From Muribaculaceae bacterium (GTDB taxonomy: Bacteria > Bacteroidota > Bacteroidia > Bacteroidales > Muribaculaceae), in assembly GCA_045133615.1 (NCBI GenBank), contig JBGUUQ010000051.1, positions 22,197-86,196 of the forward strand: a stretch of DNA of 64,000 nt, in the 5' to 3' direction. The position numbers were made by a program, and so were the translations under genes. The notes below the pieces were generated by a model. It was not told the origin of the DNA. It made no database searches and was given only the letters and a program-made list of their open reading frames with translations. Shown in pieces: positions 56,304 through 64,000 of the stretch. Within the stretch, counting starts at the first letter, position 1. Every line of letters begins with the position of its first letter.

Positions 56304-57944
56304 TTATTTTACGATAACTTTTTCAGTCTTTTCGCCTTGTTTTGAGATGTAAAGACCGGCGGGAAGATTTTCTCCAACAACCTCAACACCCTGAAGATTA
56401 TAGTACTTAACGGGAAGATTGCTATCGGTATCAATCTCTACGTTACAGATTGCACTCAACTCATCATTATACAAACCAAACTTATTTGCCACATTATCGC
56501 CTACTTCTGTTGCTGCCAAAGCTATATAAGAGCCATTAATTGCCACTGCATTAGCAACCGGAGAGATGGTTTCAAACGATGGATTTTGAGAAAGCTCTAC
56601 CATATATGAATTTACAGCATCTACACCGCCATAATTTCCACCGATAGTCGTATTTACCCAAAGAGAGTTATGATATACAGCTGTTGAGATTGCAACCTCC
56701 TTTTTATTTGACTCCTCTGCCACACCACTCGTCGCATTCATTACAACGCCAAGAGTCGTGTCGAGAGTAGATACAAACACATCGTTATCTCCGACAGCTG
56801 TAATGTCGGCATCAAACGGAAGAGTATTTTGGAAAGTACCGATTACCACCACATTGTCACCCGACATCTGCATATCGCTTACAATGTCGTTTATAGTAGT
56901 ACTGCTGGTCTTTGTAGTAAATTCCTTGATAGCCTTGCTTGCACCTGTAGCTTTGTCTACGGCAGCAACAATGTAACCGACCTCTACATATCCATCGTCA
57001 TCGATTTTAGCATAAGAGCAATCCTTGGTCTCTGTGCCAATAGTCAATGTAACGTCGTTCATACAGGTAAAAGCGGCATACACTGCATCTTCCGCAACTG
57101 TAAATGACGAAGAAAGCACACCCACGCCGGCAACCGGGTCAAAATCCGTCGTCAATTTCACCGATGCCAATACATTGCAACCGGAAAAATCAGAGTTAAT
57201 ACTAAATACTGCACCGGCTTCAATATCCATGTAATAGAATCCCCATCCTTCCATATCATAGGTACCACCTACGAATGATGCATCTCCTTTGGTAGTTGAA
57301 CCGGTAAAATCTGCCGAGCAGTACACTTTACCGCCATCTACCGCAATTTTGTTAATATGGAAAAAGACATCTCCATCACTCGGATAATATAACAGATCTA
57401 CCATATCGGCTAATGACGGATGATAAGTAGGCACAAATGTGTCTACGCCTGCAATAGTACCATCCGCGTTATAGATGGCAATAAACGATGAATTTTGCTT
57501 TTCGTAATAAGAACCATCCGAGGCTTTCATTCCCTCTTTTTCTACTGCTTTATCATCGGTACTGCCGAAACTTACTACATCGGCAAAAGTACCTGCCACA
57601 TACAACTTGCCATCTGCATCAGCTGCTACAGAAGTTACAGTTGCCGCACCGGCAATAGCCACGCCCCACACTTCTGTTCCATCGGCAGCATACTTAAGGA
57701 TATACGAACTTTCAGCAATCGGCGTTAATTCAGAACCTGCAAATTCAAACGCCTCCGTAAACACTCCGGTGGCATAAACATCTCCCGCAGCAGTTACTGC
57801 AATCGGAGTGTTATGATTCACTGATTCAATAGAAACAAGGTCATAACGGTCATCTTCCCATATTGTGCTCAATACAGGACCGGAAGAGGCATTTGCCGAT
57901 ACTATTGCGGCCATGCCAAGCATAGAAAGTAAAAACTTTTTCAT
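56304..57944 (-). CDS. secreted repeat (beta-propeller-like) protein with a T9SS type-A C-terminal sorting domain
   Basis: 546 aa with a signal peptide (MKKFLLSMLGMAAIVSANA). The C-terminus VKYYNLQGVEVVGENLPAGLYISKQGEKTEKVIVK fits the Por-secretion CTD pattern. Confidence 0.75.
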   Translation of the reverse strand: MKKFLLSMLGMAAIVSANASSGPVLSTIWEDDRYDLVSIESVNHNTPIAVTAAGDVYATGVFTEAFEFAGSELTPIAESSYILKYAADGTEVWGVAIAGAATVTSVAADADGKLYVAGTFADVVSFGSTDDKAVEKEGMKASDGSYYEKQNSSFIAIYNADGTIAGVDTFVPTYHPSLADMVDLLYYPSDGDVFFHINKIAVDGGKVYCSADFTGSTTKGDASFVGGTYDMEGWGFYYMDIEAGAVFSINSDFSGCNVLASVKLTTDFDPVAGVGVLSSSFTVAEDAVYAAFTCMNDVTLTIGTETKDCSYAKIDDDGYVEVGYIVAAVDKATGASKAIKEFTTKTSSTTINDIVSDMQMSGDNVVVIGTFQNTLPFDADITAVGDNDVFVSTLDTTLGVVMNATSGVAEESNKKEVAISTAVYHNSLWVNTTIGGNYGGVDAVNSYMVELSQNPSFETISPVANAVAINGSYIALAATEVGDNVANKFGLYNDELSAICNVEIDTDSNLPVKYYNLQGVEVVGENLPAGLYISKQGEKTEKVIVK

Positions 57945-57983
57945 ACTTTTCTTTTTTAATTAATATAAGATTGATACTAAAAT

Positions 57984-59321
57984 TTAGTTTGCAAGATTTG
58001 GATTTGCCTCTATCGCCTCGGCAGGAATACGGATGGTATAACGTCCATCGCCCTGCTCAAGGACAAATTCTTCGCCATTAAACGTTTTGACAATACGCGG
58101 TTGGGTAGTGCGGCGAAGGTCGAACCAACGATGCCCTTCAAACGCCAGTTCACGAGCGCGTTCGTCATAAATTTCCTGCAACAACTCTTCATCTGTCATT
58201 GCATTTACCGCAGCCTCCTTTTTAGCATAACCGGATGCGTTAAAACGAGCCTTCTGCAAAGCGAGCAAGTATGAGCGGGCATCGACCGCGGGGTTTTCCG
58301 AACCGCCTTTCAATGCAGCCTCAGCAGCATTCAGATACATCTCACCCACACGCAGCGTACAACTGTACTGGTTGCTTCCGCCCTTGGTCAGTTGGATATT
58401 GGATGCCGTGACTTGCTTATAATATTTGGTACGGCGTTGGTCGCCTGTACCATACATTTTAAACAACGATGTCGACACTTTCATTGCGCGGGCATATTGT
58501 GCACTCATCACCTCTTCAAGAGAAACAATACTCTCAATCGACTGATAATCATTAGGAAGAGTCTTTGTCACATCCGACAACTCGCTTTTTTGCGCCAATA
58601 CCGCTTTCGATGCAAGAAGAGACTTGCTCCACTCACCCATATAAAGATACACACGCGAACGAAGAGCGTTGACACTCAATGTAGAAAAACGATAGTTGAG
58701 ACCAAGTTCCCACTCATCGACATTGAGATAATCTTCAGCCGAATCAAGGTCGGAAACAATCGAGGCATATACCTCGGCAACAGTATTGCGCGACAAAGTC
58801 TCTTCAGTATCGCTATCAAGCTTCAGCGGGACGGCTTTTGTCGTCACCGGCTCACACATCGTATAAGCCGGAGCATGTAGGTTCACCAGCAAAAAGTGCA
58901 TATAGGCACGAAGCATATAAGCCTCCCCTACCATTTGACGAATTTCATCGCTCGTACCATCTTCTATCATCTGTTCCGACTCGATGACATAGTTAGCGAT
59001 AAACAATACGTGATAGAACTGACGCCATTTGAATGTAGCCGTATTTTCCGATGCGGCATAATCATTCCAAATCCAAATGTCCTTATATGAATTCAGGTCA
59101 TTGGCCGCCATGGATGCATCCATCGTGATTTCATCGCTGCGGAATGAAGCAAGACCACGGTCATCGGGGACGGTGACATACGCCTCCGTAATCAATGCTC
59201 GAAACTCATCGGCAGTCGTAGGAATTACCTTTCCCACCGGCTGTATGTCAAGGAAACTGTCGCAACTGCCAAGCATAAACATCAAGCTCAACAGTATCGC
59301 TGATATTTTGATTTTATTCAT
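57984..59321 (-). CDS. RagB/SusD-family nutrient-binding outer membrane lipoprotein
   Basis: 445 aa with a lipobox (MLGSCD), TPR-like SusD body, and the C-terminal motif ERARELAFEGHRWFDLRR. Confidence 0.92.
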   Translation of the reverse strand: MNKIKISAILLSLMFMLGSCDSFLDIQPVGKVIPTTADEFRALITEAYVTVPDDRGLASFRSDEITMDASMAANDLNSYKDIWIWNDYAASENTATFKWRQFYHVLFIANYVIESEQMIEDGTSDEIRQMVGEAYMLRAYMHFLLVNLHAPAYTMCEPVTTKAVPLKLDSDTEETLSRNTVAEVYASIVSDLDSAEDYLNVDEWELGLNYRFSTLSVNALRSRVYLYMGEWSKSLLASKAVLAQKSELSDVTKTLPNDYQSIESIVSLEEVMSAQYARAMKVSTSLFKMYGTGDQRRTKYYKQVTASNIQLTKGGSNQYSCTLRVGEMYLNAAEAALKGGSENPAVDARSYLLALQKARFNASGYAKKEAAVNAMTDEELLQEIYDERARELAFEGHRWFDLRRTTQPRIVKTFNGEEFVLEQGDGRYTIRIPAEAIEANPNLAN

Positions 59322-59338
59322 ATCTGTGTTATTTCGCT

Positions 59339-62300
59339 TTAAAATGTCACATTAAGACTGAATGTATATGATTTTGGGATAGGCTGAGCAAACTGATTTC
59401 CCATTGTCTCCGGGTCGAGATAGTTGTCGTAGTTGCATCCGAACACCCATAAGTTGCGAGCTTCAAGGGCGACAACGGCACTCTTTGCCCCTATCTTGGT
59501 TATCCAATTTTGAGGCAGATAATATCCGAAACGAACATTTTGCAAACGGACATGGTCGGAGCGTTTAACCCAAGTATCGAGCATCGAATAGAGCGAGAAC
59601 TCCGAATATTGTACATATTCAGCCTGACGATTTCCTTCAACAAGCAGAGCCGGAAGGGTGCTTGAACTGTTCGATGGAGTCCATCGGTTGAGAATGTCAC
59701 GATTGGTATTCATTCCTCGGTCAAACATCGTATTGGAATAAGAGGGAGTGACACGAGTGTACATGAACAAGTTGAATGCAAAATTAAGCGACAGCTCAAA
59801 TTGCTTGTACTTAAACGTATTTATAAAACCGCCGGTCACCAACGGATCACCGGAGCCGATATATGTGTAAAGTTCGCGCTGCTCTTCGGCAGTAAGCGTA
59901 CTTGCACCGGCACTGTTAAGTTTCAAAAACTCCTGAGCGGTCACTTTGGAACCATCTTTTGCAACAAAAAGCGGATAACCTTCATCGTCAAGCCCGGCTG
60001 TTTTGTATGCAAAAATCGCATTGACCGGTCGACCTTCACGCGACGGAGTAGTCTGGTTGGCCGGAACGGTTTCTTGCAGAACCTTGTTTTCGTTGTATGC
60101 GATATTGAAATTAGTGGTCCATGTAAACTCTTTTGTGTGGATGTTGCGAGTAGATAATGCCAATTCCACACCCTGATTCCGCATACTTGCCCAATTGACA
60201 GAGGTAGAAGAAAATCCGGTCTCAAGAGGGAGCATTTTCAATGCAATAAGGTCGTCGCCCTTACGATGGTAATAATCGAGAGAGAAAGAGACCGCATTAT
60301 CAAAGACCGACATATCGATACCGGTATTGAACGTGTAGGTCTTCTCCCAACGCAAACGACGATTAGGCGGTGTGCCAAGTACGATGACATCTTCAGTCGT
60401 ACCGGGGAGTATCGATGCATTATTGTAATATCCCATCACATAGGACGATGTGCTTTTGTCAATATTTCCTTGGATACCGAAAGAGGCTCTTAGACCAAGG
60501 TTGTTGATTGACTCAACATCACGAAGAAATGATTCTTCGCTCGCACGCCACAACCCACTGAACGAATAGAGCGGGAGGAAACGATACTTCTTGTCGACAC
60601 CGAATAAGTCGGAACCATCGAAACGAATACTTGCACCAAGTGTATAGCGATGGAGCAATGAATATGATGCCGTACCATAGAATGAGGCATAAGCATTTTC
60701 GGAATAGCTCTCTGAATGAAGAGGATATTGACGCGCCCATGATTCATTAGGGAATATAACCGGCTTATTGGTCAATGTCTTACGATCATAACCATACGCA
60801 GTACTTGAAAAATATTCATACCATGTCTTACGAATTTCGGTACCGATCATACCTTCCACTTCATGAATATTGGCAAATTCATTGTTATACTCGACTTGTG
60901 CTTTCCAGTTAATCTGCTTATTGGTGCTTTTGCTTTGCATGTGTCGTCCGCCATCGGGAAGGAATGTTTCACCTCCGAGAGTGGCAAGAGTGGTACGCTC
61001 AAATTCTTTGCGCATAGCATAGGTGTCGGCATCCGCGTACGATTGAGTATCGGCATGGTCGAGTTGAAAGCCCAATTGAGTGGAGGCTTTCAAGTTATTA
61101 TTGACGCGAAGGTCAATATCAAACAATGCCGTGACGCCTGACGATTCTTGAGTATAGTCGGTATTGTTGCGCTCTTCAAACACGTTGAATTGCAAATCAC
61201 TGTCTTCCCGACCTTGAATATCGATGTCATAAACATAATTTCCATTTTCATCATAAGCCAATTGATAGGGATTGGCTCTGCGCGAATAATAAACCGGATT
61301 GGTGAAACCGTCGGCATCCGTAAGATAAGAATTGCTCTTACGACGGTTGGCAAATAATGACGCTCCGACTTTCAAATGACTATTGAGACGATACGACGTC
61401 TTCAAAACAACATTGAAACGATTGACATCAACTCCGGGCACATTACCTTTTTCATCATAGTATCCAAAAGAGGTGTAATATGTAGCCTTATCATTTCCGC
61501 CGGAAATACTTAGATTATATTCCTGATTGAACGTACTGCGGAAAAGGATGTCGTTCCAATCGGTATTAATCAATCGGAGATTGTTGATTTGCGCTTGCAC
61601 ATCAGGCGACAATGCGCTCCATCCTCCTGTTTTATAGGTATCAAACTGCCCTGCTTGCTGAAGGATACGAGATACGCCGCCTTTGTTTTCGCGATATGTG
61701 TAATCACTCAACAACAAATCCAATTCGAGGTCAACCTTCTCTGACGAATTGAGCAGATTAAGTCGATCGATGTCGGGCTTTGGAGAGTAGGACAATCGAG
61801 TGGAGAAATTGACTTCCGGCTTACCCGCCTTACCATTTTTAGTAGTAATAACAATTACACCGTTGGCAGCACGAGTACCATAAATTGCCGTTGCAGCGGC
61901 ATCTTTCAATACCGTGATGCTCTCGATGTCGGCAGGATTTAATCCCGCCACCGAAGATTGGTATATATTGTCCACATCTTTAAGATCTTCCATCGTTGGG
62001 ACATCGGTTCCATTCATAGGAACACCGTCAATCACCCACAAAGGGTCTTGAGTGCCACTCAATGATGCAGTACCGCGAATACGTATCTTCATCGGGGCAC
62101 CCGGTGTACCGGATGTCTGAACGGCAGAAAGTCCGGCAACCTGACCGGCAAGAGCCTGGTCAATATTCATTACCGAACCAAGCATCTCATCATCCACTGC
62201 AAGTTTTGAAATCGATGCTGTCAATTTGCGTCGTTCAATGGTCTGATAACCGGTAACAACGACATCGTCAAGCATCGTAGATGATGACAACATCGAGATA

Positions 62301-62614
62301 TTGTATCTATCTTTTCCGGCTTCAAGAATGACTGTCTGTGTAGTATATCCCACATAACGACATTGCAATTCGGTCACTCCCGACGGCACTGTTATAGAAA
62401 ATTCACCATCGATATTAGTCAACACACCCAATGCGCCCATATTGCTTCCGGCGTCTTTGAGTTGTTGACTCGTAACAACAACAGAGGCACCCATCAATGG
62501 TTCATTATCATCGGCAGACACAACCACACCTGTGATTGTTCGCCCTGCAGCCAACGTCTCAAATGTGAAAATCACATTCAAGAGCATTATGCAACAAAGT
62601 ACTAACTTCCTCAT
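59339..62614 (-). CDS. SusC/RagA-family TonB-dependent outer membrane transporter
   Basis: 1091 aa. It has an N-terminal carboxypeptidase-regulatory-like domain (ITGVVVSADDNEPLMGASVVV), a plug (TonB box/IESITVLKDAAATAIYG) and a terminal F residue. Confidence 0.95.
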   Translation of the reverse strand: MRKLVLCCIMLLNVIFTFETLAAGRTITGVVVSADDNEPLMGASVVVTSQQLKDAGSNMGALGVLTNIDGEFSITVPSGVTELQCRYVGYTTQTVILEAGKDRYNISMLSSSTMLDDVVVTGYQTIERRKLTASISKLAVDDEMLGSVMNIDQALAGQVAGLSAVQTSGTPGAPMKIRIRGTASLSGTQDPLWVIDGVPMNGTDVPTMEDLKDVDNIYQSSVAGLNPADIESITVLKDAAATAIYGTRAANGVIVITTKNGKAGKPEVNFSTRLSYSPKPDIDRLNLLNSSEKVDLELDLLLSDYTYRENKGGVSRILQQAGQFDTYKTGGWSALSPDVQAQINNLRLINTDWNDILFRSTFNQEYNLSISGGNDKATYYTSFGYYDEKGNVPGVDVNRFNVVLKTSYRLNSHLKVGASLFANRRKSNSYLTDADGFTNPVYYSRRANPYQLAYDENGNYVYDIDIQGREDSDLQFNVFEERNNTDYTQESSGVTALFDIDLRVNNNLKASTQLGFQLDHADTQSYADADTYAMRKEFERTTLATLGGETFLPDGGRHMQSKSTNKQINWKAQVEYNNEFANIHEVEGMIGTEIRKTWYEYFSSTAYGYDRKTLTNKPVIFPNESWARQYPLHSESYSENAYASFYGTASYSLLHRYTLGASIRFDGSDLFGVDKKYRFLPLYSFSGLWRASEESFLRDVESINNLGLRASFGIQGNIDKSTSSYVMGYYNNASILPGTTEDVIVLGTPPNRRLRWEKTYTFNTGIDMSVFDNAVSFSLDYYHRKGDDLIALKMLPLETGFSSTSVNWASMRNQGVELALSTRNIHTKEFTWTTNFNIAYNENKVLQETVPANQTTPSREGRPVNAIFAYKTAGLDDEGYPLFVAKDGSKVTAQEFLKLNSAGASTLTAEEQRELYTYIGSGDPLVTGGFINTFKYKQFELSLNFAFNLFMYTRVTPSYSNTMFDRGMNTNRDILNRWTPSNSSSTLPALLVEGNRQAEYVQYSEFSLYSMLDTWVKRSDHVRLQNVRFGYYLPQNWITKIGAKSAVVALEARNLWVFGCNYDNYLDPETMGNQFAQPIPKSYTFSLNVTF

Positions 62615-62639
62615 TTACGCTATATTATTACATTTATTA

Positions 62640-64000
62640 CTACATTTCAAGACCCAATGCCGTATTGATTCGCATTATAAGGTCGCTATAATGGTATCGA
62701 GTTGCCGTATCTGACGTTGATTGACGCGACTTCAGCAATGTGCGCAATCTCATCAATTCACCTCGCTTTACAGATATGGCATCGGAGATACGATTGGCTT
62801 GCGAACCGTAGAATGACAATTCACGTCGCATGCTTTGCTCGTGTTCGCATTGCACATCATGGCTGCAAACATGGCGGTTCATGTCAAAAAGGGGATCGAT
62901 GTCGGCGAGTTTTTTGTTTATCTTAACTCCTTCCACTTCAGCAGCAGCTGTGAGAAGAGCATCAACGAAATTTTTCTGCAATACGCGCGTTTTCACATCG
63001 GGAATCGCACCACGCTCAGTCACTCCAAATATGCCATTATGAAGCATATCCATCATTTCCACCACAGTGAAGGCGTTTTTCTTGTTTACCGACTCATTTT
63101 CCAACATACGAATAAGACGACGGTCGGACAATAAATCCCATAACAGATAGGACTGCATATTGTTGCGCATATACGACGGAGCATATTCCACAGGTCCGTT
63201 CGGGGTATTTGCACGTAAATATGTGTATCGACCCACCTCGGCATCAAAAAGCCAATCGTTATCATTAAACGCCTCATCTATAATAAATTTCAACGCTTCG
63301 CGCTGGCGATTGCGATCGACAAATTCATAAGACTTAAGTTTGTCGCCAACCGTGACGTTTTCAACATATATTCCACCGATATTTGCCATCACATGATACA
63401 TATACCGATTCCACTGTCCCAACACAGAATAATATAATCGGGAGGCATCATCATAAGTTTGTCCTGCATCGCCCGTAGTGGTCCAACTGATTATATTCGG
63501 AACTATACGTTTCAAATTGGCAATACCATATCGGGATGATTTCACCGGATCGTCGCCCAAGTCCTCATTCTGCGAACGTGGGTCTACTGCATCGCGAGCA
63601 TCTTGAGCCTCACTATAATGATACAATCGGTGGGTATAGTTGCCAAGAAATTGCTGAAGCATAGCGTAATCCTCTTTCGGGTCATCTTTTCCATACCAAC
63701 GATAGCCGTATTCAATAGCCATCATATCGTAAGGACCAAGATTCGGGGAGAATACGGTCACTCCATCGCCGGGCTGCGCCACATAATTGAATCGGGCATA
63801 GTCCATAATCGATGAAGATGTGGAATTGAGCATATTGGTATATGACGGAGAGCGAAGCGAATCGGTAGGGATGGCACTCGATGCCATCATATTGTGGCGT
63901 AATCCCAAAGAGTGCCCCACTTCATGGCATGCGACAAAGCGCATTGCATCGCCAATGAGTTCGTCGGGCAATTTCGGTCCTGTCGCTCCGGGACGTGTAG
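62640..64000 (-). CDS. zinc-dependent metalloprotease, C-terminal part (gene continues past the right edge)
   Basis: The HEVGHSLGLRHN zincin motif is present. The reading frame stays open upstream of the TTG at 63971 to the window end (..TRPGATGPKLPDELIG..). Confidence 0.85.
   Translation of the reverse strand, partial: TRPGATGPKLPDELIGDAMRFVACHEVGHSLGLRHNMMASSAIPTDSLRSPSYTNMLNSTSSSIMDYARFNYVAQPGDGVTVFSPNLGPYDMMAIEYGYRWYGKDDPKEDYAMLQQFLGNYTHRLYHYSEAQDARDAVDPRSQNEDLGDDPVKSSRYGIANLKRIVPNIISWTTTGDAGQTYDDASRLYYSVLGQWNRYMYHVMANIGGIYVENVTVGDKLKSYEFVDRNRQREALKFIIDEAFNDNDWLFDAEVGRYTYLRANTPNGPVEYAPSYMRNNMQSYLLWDLLSDRRLIRMLENESVNKKNAFTVVEMMDMLHNGIFGVTERGAIPDVKTRVLQKNFVDALLTAAAEVEGVKINKKLADIDPLFDMNRHVCSHDVQCEHEQSMRRELSFYGSQANRISDAISVKRGELMRLRTLLKSRQSTSDTATRYHYSDLIMRINTALGLEM

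Noticed and set aside
1-64000. I searched by eye for tRNA/rRNA genes, CRISPR repeat-spacer arrays, integrases, transposases, toxin-antitoxin pairs and known defence-system genes.
   Set aside because: None was found. There are no T-loop GTTCGAATC-type motifs in intergenic regions, no regularly spaced repeats, and no recombinase or nuclease/ATPase defence signatures in any credible ORF.

Overview
This is a 64-kb chromosomal segment from a Bacteroidota (Bacteroidales-like) bacterium. The assignment rests on a SusC/SusD pair, T9SS C-terminal sorting domains, and TAnnTTTG -7 promoter boxes in front of most operons. Most of the window is ordinary housekeeping: pth-rplY, a GT4 glycosyltransferase, acd-etfAB, an atypical purF plus purL, tig-clpP-clpX-recQ, purU-hisH-hisA-hisF-hisIE, ftsE, lysC-lysA, a His-rich Czc/Cus-type RND metal efflux operon, a Fe/Mn SOD, an ion-channel homologue, a T9SS type-B cargo protein, a lytic transglycosylase, uvrA, pyrK-pyrD, an MFS transporter, nfo, a TrmH-family methyltransferase, radA, a NatAB-like ABC exporter, and a metalloprotease-SusC-SusD-T9SS cargo locus. 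The stand-out is 24474-31157, a 6.66-kb integrase-less Microviridae (Alpavirinae-like) provirus. All of its genes are on the + strand. It sits between lysA and the metal efflux operon and is flanked by a 22-bp perfect (about 35-bp imperfect) direct repeat that has the 11-6-11 architecture of a XerC/D dif site. It encodes a rolling-circle Rep (HUH plus YxxxY), major capsid VP1, pilot VP2, a scaffold-like protein, an M15 peptidase, several unannotated micro-ORFs, and a hairpin-dense non-coding region with four GCGAAGC mini-hairpin motifs. Secondary leads are a rod-like structured RNA candidate (52.7-52.9 kb) in an AT-rich islet, a 790-bp G-depleted non-coding tract, a PurF homologue lacking the catalytic Cys, and a channel with a non-canonical selectivity filter. 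No rRNA, tRNA, CRISPR array, integrase or transposase was seen. All family assignments come from reading motifs in the translations; no database search was run.
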